Shown piece by piece: positions 41,201 to 53,131 of a stretch of DNA of 64,000 nt. Within the stretch, counting starts at the first letter, position 1; every line of letters starts with the position of its first letter. Below the pieces are notes generated by a model that was not told the origin of the DNA, made no database searches, and saw nothing but the letters and a program-made list of their open reading frames with translations. The stretch lies in NCBI GenBank assembly GCA_050273025.1, contig CP158635.1, forward strand, positions 32,054,001 to 32,118,000, given 5' to 3'. A program made the position numbers and the translations under genes. The stretch is from Cenococcum geophilum. Its lineage: Eukaryota.

Positions 41201-44200
41201 GTTCTTAAAATCTATTAACTAGGACTAGAGATGGTTATAAAGACGGATATATTAAACTATATACTAGGGGTATGCTTTATATAAAGGTATTAAGATAAAT
41301 GGCACCTAGTAGCATACTATAGTTGGAAGATAATACCATTAGAGTTAAACTATAACATCTATAATAAGGAGTTATTAGGTATAGTTATAGTATTAAAAAA
41401 ATAGAGAGTATTCTTATAAGGTATAGAGAAACTATTTATAGTTAAGACGGATTATAAGAACCTAATAGGATTTTTAATAATAAAGGAACTTAACTAAAGA
41501 TAGGTTAGATGGGTAGAGATGCTTATAGAATACTATTTTAAGATTTAGTATACTAAAGGTATAGATAATATATAGGTAGATGCTCTAAGCTATAAAGCTA
41601 AACTATAAAATAAGGAGAAGCTATTAGGGGCTTTATTATGAAAAGATATAGACGGATTAATTAGGTATAATTATCCGAAAATTATAGTAACTTAAAAAGA
41701 TAATAAACTAGAGAAAGTCTATAAGACACTAGAAAGCTTTTAGGTATAAAGAATTCTAAAAATATAGCTAGAAGATCTATAGACGGATATATACGAAAAT
41801 TAAGAAGTAAAGTATATCCTAAGAAGTATAGTAGAGCAGTTTATAGAAGACTTCTATAAGAGACCAACTTAAGGACACAATAAAGCTAAGGGCTTAGTGT
41901 TAAGACTCTAGAAGGAATATATTATTAATAGAATCTAAAGGATAGCTAGAAAGGTTATAAAGGAATATCTAGATTATTAAAGGAATAAACTAATAAGGTA
42001 TAAGCTATATAGAGGGCTATAACCTATTAAAATACTAGAGAGACTATAGGAGGTTATATTATAGGACTTTATTATTAAGTTGCCAAAATTAAAAGATTTT
42101 ATTACCGGATAAGATTATAACGTGATTTTAGTAATAGTAGATAAGCTTATAAAGTGGGGATACTTTATAGCATATATAGAAGAAATCTTAGCGGAAGATA
42201 TCGCTAGAATCTATGTTAAAGAAGTATTTGTAAGGCATGGAGCACTAAGTAAAATTATATTAGATAGAGATCTAAGATTTATAGTAGCATTTTAGGAAGT
42301 ATTTTTAGCGGAGCAAGGAGTTTAAGTAGTAACTTTTACCGTATATTATCTGCAGATAGACGGTTAAATAGAAAGGTTAAATTAGACGCTAAAGCAGTAT
42401 CTAAGGCATTATGTTAACTATATACAGAATAATTAGGTATTGCTATTACTAGTTATATAGTTTATATATAATGCAACACCTTAAGAAGGAATAGGCATAT
42501 TACTATTTAAGGCAAATTACGGATATAAGCTAAGAATATTGTTATTACTATAGTAAGTAAAGAAAACGAGTAGTATAGCTAAAGAAAGAATAAAAACGTT
42601 AATAAATCTTTATATAGACCTTATGGAATTAGTAAAGAAAGTATAAAAGAGAATAAAAAAGTACTATAATGCTAAGAGATTTAAGGGACCAGATCTTAAG
42701 GAGGGAGATAAAGTATAGCTACTATATAAAAATTTTAAGAGTTAACAACTAAGTAAGAAGTTAGACTATGTTAAACTAGGACCTTTTAAAATTATATAGA
42801 GAATTTTACTAGTTACATTTAAGTTAAACCTATTAGCTAAAATGAAGATCTACCCTATATAGTATATCGTAATGCTAGAGCCAGTATATAGGAATGTTAA
42901 GCTATTAGTTTATAAAGTAGATACGTATAAAGGATAAGAAGAAGATAAATAGTAAGTTTTGAAGATTGTTAATTATAAGGACATTAACGACGAAATATAG
43001 TACGAAGTAAAGTGGATAGGCTATACTAAGACTACTTAGGAGCTATTAGAGAATTTAAAAAATGCTATAGGAAAGGTATAGGAGTATTAGAAGAGATTAG
43101 GTTAGGCAGTATTAATAAAAAAGGATCGCTAAAGAATGAGTTACCTAAGGGGGACCTAAAAAGAGTAGTTGCTAAACTACTTAGATCTGTTTCCTTCTCT
43201 ATTAGAGGAGAATCCGTTTTTTTATCACCTAGTTTCTGTAGACCTTATTTTATAAGTTTCCACTTCTTAGAATAAACCTTTTTATAAACCTTCTTAAGAC
43301 GAAGTAGATAAGTAGACGCCATAATTTAAATATTTAGAGTCTTCTGTTTTGCGTTACGGGAACGTTTTAACTTAGTAAGGGCTTATAACAGTTTATTATC
43401 TAGCCGCATAGTAGTAGATTAAATATAAAACCTTAAGACAAATTAATTAGGGAACTAGACGACTATTAAGAGTAATAGGTTACGTATATTTAGTATTAGA
43501 AGTAGAGCGAATGTTATAGGACGAATAAATATTTACTTTAGTGCACTCTAAGTAAAAGGACGGTTGTTGCGAAGATGGGTTCGCTAACGTAATATAGACT
43601 AACCCCTCTTTTAAACAACGAGAATACGGAGACGGTATAATCTTACTAAGAGATAATATTGCAGTAATAGTGCGAGCACGACGTTGGGCGTATAAAGAAG
43701 AAATTGCTTTAGGTATAATAAGCAATAATATTAACTAAATTAATTAGATGGATATTATACCTCTAGTAAATAACTTAGAGATGTTTTAAATCTTTAAGGA
43801 CGAAGATAAAGAGGAGGGAGATAGTATTACGGATGCTTTAAGTACAATATTATAACTACTTAGAGAAGAGACGGAAGAAGCTAGTTAGTTAATTTAGGCA
43901 CGGTCTAGAATAGAGCCGATAGAACTATGTAACGAGAAATAGTAACTAAGGTTATATAATATGCTATATATTAAACGAGAGGAATAAGAGGAACTTACGT
44001 ACCTTATATATAAGACGTATATTACGTATAAGAAGGATTTTATAGGAGTACGGTTGTGTATTTAAGGACCCTTAATCCCTACTTAAATAGTTCCTTCCTT
44101 ATAGTAATTCTTAGAATATAATTAGAGTTAATCTATTAGGCAACCACTCCACTAGTTATTATTACGTTGTTAACTTTTGTACTTGTATTTCCTACACACC

Positions 44201-45199
44201 TAGCCTATTAACGAGCCTATTATAGTTCCTGCTACAAAGTTCCGTTACACAAAGTAGATAAGTAGATGCCGCGATTTAAGTATTTAAAGCCTTTTGTTCT
44301 ACGTTACGGGAACGTTCTAACTTAGTAAGGGCTTATAATAGTTTACTATCTAGCCGCGTAGTAGTAGATTAAATACGAGACCCTAAGATAAATTAATTAG
44401 GGAACCAGACGACTATTAAGAGTAATAGGTCGCGTATATTTAGTATTAGAAGTAGAGCGAACGTTATAGGATAAATAAATATTCGCTTTGGTGTACTTTA
44501 AGCAAGAGGACGGTTATTGTAAAGATAGGTTCGCCAATATAATATAAATTAACCCCTCTTTTAAACAACGAGAATACGGAGATGGTATTATTTTACTAAG
44601 AGATAATATTGTAGCAACGGTACAAGACTGGCGAGCTGTGGAAGAAAGAAAGGATGCTTTAGGTATTATAAGTAATAATGTTAACCAAATTAATTAAACG
44701 GATATTATACCTCTAGTAAACGACCTAGAGATGCTAGGTATCTTTAAGGATAAAGATAAAGAGGAGGGAGATAGTATTACGGACGCTTTAAGTACAATGT
44801 TACGACTACTAAAAGAGGAGTTAGAGGAAGCTAGTTAGTTAATATAGGTAAGGTCTAGGATAGAACTAGTGGAACCATATAATAAGGAATAGTAAGTAGA
44901 GTCACGTAATATAATCTGTGTAATCTGTATAATCTATAAGATCTGCAATAGAGCGAGTAAAGCAGATAGAGTAAATAGAGTAACGACTTTCTTAGGAGTA
45001 CGGTTGTGTATTTAAGGACCCTTAGTCCCTACCTAGATAGTTCCTTCCTTGTAGTAATTCTTAGAATACAATTAGAGTTAATCTGTTAGGCAACCACTCC
45101 ACCAGTTATTATTACGTTGTTGACTTTTATACTTGCATTTCCTACACACCTAGCCCATTAACGAGCCTATCGTAGTTCTTGCTATAAGGTTCCGTTACA
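29291..45199 (+). mobile_element. Ty3/Gypsy copy D (same family as A), interrupted by copy E; LTRs 29291-29715 and 44775-45199
   Basis: 425-bp LTRs; TSD CTAAG at 29286-29290 and 45200-45204; PPT GAGGAGGGAGATAG at 44761-44774; gag-PR-RT-RNaseH-IN relics matching the reverse complement of copy A. Confidence 0.9.
36298..44249 (+). mobile_element. Ty3/Gypsy copy E (same family), nested in the 3' region of copy D; LTRs 36298-36722 and 43825-44249
   Basis: TSD CAAAG at 36293-36297 and 44250-44254; internal region collinear with D; D sequence resumes at 44255. Confidence 0.9.
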
Positions 45200-45435
45200 C
45201 TAAGCAAGGGGTAGCGGCGGGGCCGCGAGCGGCAGTGGCGGTGGTAGTGGTAGTAGTAGAGGAGGAGGTAGTAGTAATGGTAATAGTAATCTATATACTA
45301 TATTAGCTAACGTTTAAGATATAAGGCATTGCAAAACGTATAGTAGATTAAGCTACCAGCTAAAACCGTTGTTATTATTATTATTATTATTGCCGCTAAG
45401 AGGTATTATAGGAGAGGAATAGGGGGTAAGGGTAA

Positions 45436-45498
45436 GGATAGGGGTAGGGACGGGGACGGGGACGGGGACGGGGACGGGGATAGGGACGGGGATAGGGG
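45436..45498. repeat. (GGGGAC)n hexamer microsatellite
   Basis: Visible GGGGAC/GGGGAT array. Confidence 0.8.
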
Positions 45499-46923
45499 GA
45501 GCGCGAGCGCGGTAAGGGCGAGGGGGGCTATAGAATTGGTTAGTAAACGGCCTCTCTAAGTAGGGAAGTAGTTAGAAGCTTAGGTTAATTTACTAAAGCT
45601 TTAATTAACCACTTAGTATAGGAAAATACTTATAGAGGACGCCGGACGCGACCTAAATATAGGGCTCCGCGATAGAGCGTGGAGGCGGCGGCGAGAATGG
45701 TCTCTTTACTAATTAGAAAGTTTATTAGGTGCGAAAGCACCTAAGCTATAAAAGGAGTTATTATAAACAATTTTTAAAAAAAATTGGTGTTGTTATAAAG
45801 AGAACTTAGGGGCATAGATAACTATAAGTACTAGCTTATCTACTTTACCTTTATAAATACTTACCGTAATCTAATACTTATTTACCTTATTAATTAAGTC
45901 ATTAGCATAAAACTTTTAAAGACTTTTATAAACTCCTAAACTAATTAGAAGACTCCTATAAACTCTTAGGCCAATTAGAGCACGTTATAATATTTTAAGT
46001 AGAGGTTATAGGTTTATAGGTAAGATTCTATATAAAATCCGCTATATAAACTCCTACTAACTCCTACTAACTCCTACTAACCCCTATTAACTCCTGCTAA
46101 CTCCTAGACTAATTAGAATACGCTAAGGTAAAAATATTGCCTTTATAATATATTACTAGGACTTCCACTAACTTCTAAGCTATTGTTTAAAACTGCCATT
46201 ATATAAAACCCTAAGCTACCTCTATCTATAATTCTGTAAGGAAATTCTCTTTACCCCTTAGTATTGCTTTTCTAACACGCCTAGATCTAGTTTTTGGAGT
46301 AAATATAAGTACTATATCTACATTTATATCCCTCTCCTATATAACTGTTTAATATTTAATAGGTAAGTCCCTTTAGTTACTAGCTTGTCTTTTCTAGCTA
46401 GGCGTTAAGACCTATAACTAAGATGCAACTGAAACGGTAGGCTAAGAATTAAGAATAGCTATAACTTAAGAGTTAAGAACAGCGACGACTTAAGAATTAA
46501 GACCGGCTGTATCCTAGGAGTTAAGAACTGCGGCATCCTAAGTATTAGGAGCAGCGATATTCTAAAAGCCTATAGCGGACATACTATGCGTTATAGGCGT
46601 AGAGATTAGTCTCTAAATATCCTTAAGTACCTATACCGCGCGTTTAATACCCTTTAGTATAGCTAGAAGTGGAGTACTAAATAGAGAGCTTGGCGCGCTA
46701 ATCCTACTAGTAACCTAACTTCTAAGTAGCGAAGCTAGTATATCTACTACGCTCTATACTACCTCCTATATAGCAACCTAAATAGTAAGGCTATTATCCC
46801 GTCGCCAAACGTGCGTAGTATACTCCGCCGGTATAGACGGCTGCTTTAGCAACTTGCGTACTACTAAGGCCTCGCCCTAAGTAGCTTTTGCCCGTCTCTT
46901 CTACGCTAGATTGCTTTTATAAG

Positions 46924-49019
46924 TTATCTCAGTTGACTCAGACCCTCGGAGAGAAAATCCACCTTACCTCCTGAGCCAATAAGCGGCTGGCACCGCCACA
47001 TCTAAGCCAATTAGCGACTGGCGCCGCAGCTAATGTACGCCGCAGGCGTTAGTGCTTGCGCTAGCTTTAGCAGCCAATTACAGAGCGCCGAGGTGGATTC
47101 CTCTCCGAGGGTCTGAGAGATTATGGGCGCGTTTTATAAGGGCTGTACAGCCTCACTGGTGGACGACAGTTGTATCGCCTTCGACGTCGTACTTCGACCC
47201 CTAATACAGCGCTTCCCAGCTCGCCAATACCTCCATTTGAAAGCTTATCTCCTACTCTATATATTGCATTCGCAATGGAGCCCAGCCGTGCCCCTAATAC
47301 CCCTACAAACGTTCCTACAAACGTCCCTACAAACGTCCCTACAAACCTGCACGAACGCCTGCACGAACGCCTGCACGAACGCCTGCACGAACGCCTATAT
47401 AAAGCTCTGCTCAAAGCTCTATACAAAGCCGTTTACAAGGCCTTTAAAAACAAGCCTAAATACAAGGTCTATATAGGGAAGCTCTCTACTGAAAGCTTTG
47501 CTCCGCTCGAAGCTCTGTTCGAAGCTCTGCTTAAAGCTCTACTCGAAGCTCTGCACGACGCTCCACTTAAAGCTCTATCGAAGCTCTGCTCGAAGCTCTG
47601 CTCGAAGCTCTGCACGACGCTCTGCTCGAAGCTCTGCACGACGCTCTGCTCGAAGCTCTGCACGACGCTCCACTTAAAGCTCTATCGAAGCTCTGCTCGA
47701 AGCTCTGCTCGAAGCTCTGCACGACGCTCTGCTCGAAGCTCTGCACGACGCTCTGCTCGAAGCTCTGCACGACGCTCTGCTCGAAGCTCTGCACGACGCT
47801 CTGCTCAAAGCTCTACTTAAGGCTCTGCACGGAGCTCTGCTCAAAAGCTCTGCTCAAAAGCTCTGCTCAAAAGCTCTACTCAAGGATCTGCTTAAAGCTC
47901 TACTCAAAGCTCTGCTGGAAGCTCTACTCGAAGCTTAATACGGAGCTCCAAAACTCTCCTAATACGCAGCACTAATATACTAGGAAGTCTCTATAATCGT
48001 CTACACGAACGGCTCTATAAACGTCTATACAATTAACCAACCAAACGCCCATACGAACGGCTTTATAAACGTCCATACAATTAATCAATTAATTAGTCAC
48101 CCATACGAACGCCCGTACGAATGTCTGCACGTCCGCACGTCTGCAATCTACACGTCTGTACGCCTACACATAGCTCTGCACAAGGCTCTGCACGAAGCTC
48201 TATACGAAGCTCTACACGAAGCTCTACACGAAGCTCTGCACGAAGCTCTGCACGAAGCTCTGCACGAAGCTCTGCACGAAGCTCTGCACGAAGCTCTGCA
48301 CGAAGCTCTACACGAAGCTCTGCATGAAGCTCTGTACAAAGCTCTGCACGAAACTCTACACGAAGCTCTACACGAAGCTCTACACGAAGCTCTACACGAA
48401 GCTCTGCACGAGCCTCTACCTAAAGCTTCCCCCCTACTGCGAAGCAAATCCATACCTACTAGTATAGGTATAGTATAATTAGGTGAGCTGTTTGTAATAG
48501 GGTATAAGAGGTACCTTAGGAAGTTTTAGGGTGAATAGAGGTGTGGTGGTAGAGTACGGTCGCTATATCGACGAGGCTAGTTGGGTATAACCGGGTTCAA
48601 AAACGCGTCTTTAAACTTTAAGGCTGTACTTCGCCCCCTAATACGTTAATTAGCTAGTTAAATTTACTAGGATATACTAATAGAGGATATTATAATTTAA
48701 TTGCATTAGGAACTGTAGCTATAGCTGCTATATTAACCCCGTTATAGTTACTTAAAGTTAGTATACGTTAAAAATCGCGCCCGGTTTATAGCAAACGTAC
48801 GCCCATAATCTCTCAGACGCTTCGTAGAGGAATTTTGGGGTTGCAGGGGGGCTAGGGGGTAGCGCGACGTTCTATTGGCTCAGGAGTTCGTAGGAGTTAG
48901 TGCGCGCCGCTAATTGGCTCAGAAGTTCGCACGAGTTGGCAGGGTGGGGCTGTGGCGGGAGAGTGGGGCCATGCAACGCCACAAATTCCTCGGAGAAGCG
49001 GCTGAGGCACCTGAGATAA
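46924..49019 (+). mobile_element. Non-autonomous 2.1-kb derivative of the same Academ-like family, nested in the parent's helicase gene
   Basis: Left ~370 bp match 7443-7860; right ~550 bp match 51410-52497 minus the TRIM; TTATCTCAG..CTGAGATAA termini; TSD TTTATAAG at 46916-46923 and 49020-49027. Confidence 0.88.
47300..48415. repeat. 12-bp minisatellite arrays (ACAAACGTCCCT, GCACGAACGCCT, GAAGCTCTGCTC, GAAGCTCTGCAC)
   Basis: Directly visible; they generate the low-complexity ORFs at 47121-48453. Confidence 0.9.
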
Positions 49020-51662
49020 TTTATAAGTAGTCCTAACTATCTTAGCTATGCTCCTTAATTACTTAATTAACTAATCGCTATAGGTATCGCGATATCGCTA
49101 TAAGATAAATAGGGGAGCCGTACTTCCTAGTAAACCCGCCATAAGTGTCTCCTAAAAGGTATTAGGCGTAGTCCTATTATATAAATACGTAAGCTGCTAA
49201 CGATATTTCTTGTCTATAAATATAGACGATAGTATAGGGAAGCGTTAATATTTGCTAGTATATATTAACTCTGCCTACTTAACCGCCTACTTGTTAATAA
49301 ACCCTAATATAATATTAGGCTAGGTACCAGCCCTTAGCCAATAAAGCGGTGCTAGAGTATTAGAGGCTAATATAAACGCAGGAAATAATAAGGGATTGCA
49401 TTAATTATAATACTAATTAGTTAGGGCGCGAATAATATAGTTTAAGACCGCCGGTAGTAACCTATCCTCTCCTAGGAAGGTAAGGAAGGCCTTTTAATAG
49501 TATTTACTATTCACCATTTCCTTCTATTTAGTTATCATCTTCTTATAACTAGCTATCTTAGCCTTTAACTAAAATAGAAGGTTGCTATTAGCTATAGAAT
49601 TGTAACTTATAGCTAATTTCTCTAAGGCGACACTCTCTATATTATTAATGTCGCTAGGCGTATAACTCTAGATAAGTTAACTCTATCTATATCTAGTAGG
49701 TAGGCTATTACGTCCTCTTTAAGGCGCTTAAGTAGGCTGCGGCTTTATACGTAGTGGTAGTAGCTTCTATCCTAGCCTATTTACTCCCTCTATATTAAAC
49801 GCCTAGTACGGTAAGAAGATAAAGCCTATACTAGTGCAATTCTTTTTTTATCCGCCTTAACTAATCCGCTGCCACGTATTACCCAGGCTCTTTATAATTA
49901 GAAACCCCTAAATAATTACGCACTTAATATTAGTAACATTTACACCCATGCTAAGGGAGGTTATAGCTATTATAATTTGGATAATAGAAGAAGGCTTCTT
50001 AAACTCTATATACCGTTAGTTGCAATTATACTCCTATATAGTAGCGGTAAACTTCTAGATTACGCTACTAATATAAAAGGCCTTATTATTATTGTTAGCC
50101 CCTTTTGTATACGCCTTAGACTTCTAAAGTAGTACATTTTAGAGGTACTCTACTGCGTCCCGAATAGAAATTCGACCATTAATAAAGACTATTGTCTTTA
50201 GTATACGTATAGGTATAGGTATTCCGTTACCATCTATATAGTCATCTAATAGAAAATATAGGTTCTTCTATAGGTCTACCTTTTGCCTAGAAATTGGCTA
50301 TATATATATAGATACGTCCGGACAATTAATAGATATTCTTATAACCTTAATCTAGTATAAATAAACGCCAACTGCTTAGAACCTAGCGCGCGATAGGACT
50401 AATCTCTTTACCTTTTTATTAAGTGTTATAGAATAGGTAAACTAGACAATACTTAGACGGAGGATTATTCGCAGCTCGCCTAGTATTAAGTAGGCTGGTC
50501 AGAAGCTTTCCCAATTCTTTATTAGATAATATTTATTAATTATAACTAGCCTAATCCGAGACTGCAGCTCTGGCCCCTTTAAGGCGTCCTAAAATAACTT
50601 TATTAACGCCTACTTGGGTCTAAGAAGTATATGTGTATACACCCCTTCCTAAATCTTTATAATTAGATCCTTCTCCTAACTTTTTGTCTTAGCGTTAACA
50701 AGAACTAAATTAGACTTATTTATCTTCTTAATATTATCTAACTGCTTATCGCCAAGCTTGTTTAACGGTATTATCTAAATAGTAATTTTACCGGTAAGGA
50801 TAGAATATATATAAAAGATTAGACTTTTACTAAAGCCTATATAGGTAATAAGAAGAGTATTGCCTTTTCTAAATATAAGCTAACGCAGAGTACGTACCTA
50901 CTTATTACGTGGCTTAAAGTCTTTAAGCTATAGACAGGTTTAAAGAAAAATTCACTAAAGGTAAAGGCTAATAACCTTATACTAAAATAGTACATTCTCT
51001 ATACACCCTACCTATTGGATAATTAATAGTAATTGCTTTACGCTTAAATCGATTAGCTAACGATTATAATATAGGTAACTCTACTGCCCTACCCCAAGAT
51101 CTATACTATTAACCCCAATAGTTAGCGCCCTTCTTCTTCTTCTTTGGTTTAGGCCCGTATCTTAGCATCTACCTAGCTTAGCCTAGGGGCTCGCATAAGC
51201 TTATTTAATTAGCCTAAAAGTTTATAGAAGTTTGTAAAAGCTCTTTTAATTAGCCTAAAAGTTTATAAAAGTTTATAAAAACTCTTCTAATTAGTTTAGG
51301 AGTTTGTAGAAGTTTATAAAAGCTTTTTTAATTAGCCTAAAAGTTTGCAGAAGCTTATAAAAGTCCCTAAAAGAGCGTACTTAACTAATAACGCGCTATA
51401 AATATTATATAAGTGTAGTATAATTAGGCGAGCTGTTTATAATAAGGTATAAGAGGTATTTTATAAAGTTTAGTAGTAAATAGAGTTGTAGTAGTGGAGT
51501 ACGGTCGCTGTATTAATAAGGCTAGTTAGGCGTAACTAGGTTTAAAAACGCGTCTTTAAACTTTAAGGCTGTACTTTACCCCCTAATACGTTAATTAGCT
51601 AGTTAAATTTGCTAGAATATACTAATAGAGGATGTTATAATTTAATTATATCGGGAACCGTA

Positions 51663-52190
51663 TGTCAGGTGACGAAGTCACCTCGCCTATATATATTGTT
51701 CCGCACAGCCATATCTGGCATCAAGCCAGTCACTCGTTTACCTTTTGCGGGTTTGTGTGGCTGAGTGGTGCGGAGCTTATCACCTCACATAGTGACTGGC
51801 TTAATACCCGGGGCCTCGTGGGTTCAAACCTCATTCGAACCCCAGGCTAACTCAGGGACAGCCTATGCCGGTCTACGACCGAAGCGCGAGGCGGCCTCTT
51901 CGGGCGCCGTGCTGTAGCTGCTGGGGGTCTAATATATTGGGCACAACGATCGCACGATCCGCGAGCCGGCATTAACCGTAGCTCGGCACTAAGCCGCGCT
52001 CCTAAGCCTCACCACGGGACAGGGAATTGCGCCTGTGGACAGTCGCCATTGGGAGGGATGCATTATCAGGTGACGAAGTCACCTCGCCTATATGTATTGT
52101 TCCGCACAGCCGTGTCTGGCATCAAGCCAGTCACTCGTTTACCTTTTGCGGGTTTGTGTGGCTGAGTGGTGCGGAGCTTATCACCTCACA
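51663..52190 (+). mobile_element. TRIM (528-bp miniature LTR retrotransposon)
   Basis: 127-bp LTRs at 51663-51789 and 52064-52190; TSD CCGTA at 51658-51662 and 52191-52195; purine tract GGGAGGG at 52051-52057; the empty site is visible in the paralogous end at ~48710-48720. Confidence 0.92.
51749..51844 (+). other. tRNA-like / Pol III promoter-like sequence spanning the TRIM 5' LTR-internal junction
   Basis: A-box TGGCTGAGTGG (51758-51768); T-arm GTGGG-TTCAAAC-CTCAT (51818-51834); acceptor-like pairing GGGTTTG/CGAACCC; ends in CCA. No canonical anticodon arm. Confidence 0.45.
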
Positions 52191-52559
52191 CCGTAGCTGT
52201 AGCCGCTATATTAACCCCGTTATAGTTACTTAAAGTTAATATACGTTAAAAATCGCGCCTGGTTTATAGTAAATGCGCGCCTATAATCTCTTAGACGCTT
52301 TATAGAGGAATTTTAGGGTTATAGGGGGGCTAGGGAGTAGCGCGACGTTCTATTGGCTTAGGAGTTCGCAGGAGTTAGTGCGCGCCGCTAATTGGCTCAG
52401 GAGTTTGCACGAGTTGGCAGAGTGGGGCTGTGGCGGGAGAGTGGGGCCATACAACGCCACAAATTCCTTGGAGAAGCGGCTGAGGCACCTGAGATAAGTT
52501 AAGGGTCCTGTCGGTAGATGCGTGGGCACGTGCACACGCAGTCTTCGACGGGCTTTGGC

Positions 52560-52780
52560 TTATCTCAGGTGCCCTAACCCTCGTTGAGGAATCGACCTCT
52601 GCACCTTGTTATGCATTTTATGCAATAATGCCATAAAATTCTGCCAAGGAAGGCCCCGTGCGCGAACAATCTAGCCAATTAGATAGCACTAGGGGTAAGT
52701 AATATAATCTAGGACATATGTGAGGCAAATTTCTCTCTAAGGGTCTAAGAGAAAATAGGCGTGTTTTATCCCTTACATTG
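52560..52780 (+). mobile_element. Orphan terminus of a related Academ-like element
   Basis: Begins TTATCTCAGGTGCC; subterminal motif CTCTCTAAGGGTCTAAGAGA..TAGGCG (~52733-52761) matches 7660-7690. Confidence 0.6.
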
Positions 52781-52787
52781 TCACTTA

Positions 52788-53131
52788 CGTCCTATAAATT
52801 GTGGCCCGTGCGCGCCAACCAACAAGCTGCATTCTTAGGCGGTCAATCGCTCTGCCGCATCACCAAAGGTCTTTACTGAAGCTACGAATATATTGAAATG
52901 TTGGTGTATATTATATATAGACACTTATCCTTTGGTGTTGAGCCTATCTACGTGCTCCTGCTAACACGGGCCGTCTTTATATCCTTTGCACTGATGACTG
53001 CCAATAATAAGTGGCCCGTGCGAGACATTCTAGGTACTCTACATCACGCCCGCGCACGTTTAATACTTCCCCAACATTTCCCTTCAAGCAAGCCTTTTAA
53101 TTGATGCGCACGGGCCACAATTTATTGGACG
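52788..53131. mobile_element. MITE-like element (~345 bp)
   Basis: 26-bp inverted repeat CGTCCWATAAATTGTGGCCCGTGCGC at 52788-52813 and 53106-53131 (1 mismatch); no clean TSD. Confidence 0.65.

Larger units (their letters stand above)
46150..51170 (-). pseudogene. RecQ-like SF2 helicase relic of the Academ-like element (interrupted by 46924-49019; ends approximate)
   Basis: Minus-strand relics: GNTLLITYIGFSKSLIF (Walker A, cf. ARTGFGKSL; ~50815-50865), GVYTHILL, KNWESF*PAY after a DExH-like site (~50490-50545), ITSLSMGVNV (motif V, ~49935-49970), WQRIS*GG (motif VI, ~49850-49875). Confidence 0.75.
7443..52497 (+). mobile_element. Academ-like (AcademH-type) DNA transposon, RIP-inactivated and expanded to 45 kb by nested insertions
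   Basis: Termini TTATCTCAG... and ...CTGAGATAA; TSD GTTAAGGG at 7435-7442 and 52498-52505 (reads as 10-bp AGTTAAGGGT if each terminus is 1 nt shorter); contains transposase-like and RecQ-like relics on opposite strands; both end regions recur in the small copy at 46924-49019. Confidence 0.8.

Noticed and set aside
47121..48453. Several ORFs of 64-216 aa (SSARSSAR, RASCRASC, QSFEQSVV)
   Set aside because: By-products of stop-free 12-bp tandem repeats inside a non-autonomous transposon
51663..52190. Hammerhead-ribozyme retrozyme or functional tRNA gene
   Set aside because: No CUGAUGA/GAAA core seen on either strand; the tRNA-like part lacks a canonical anticodon arm
7443..52497. Starship-type giant element
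   Set aside because: No tyrosine-recombinase (DUF3435) captain or cargo genes seen; the size is explained by nested transposons
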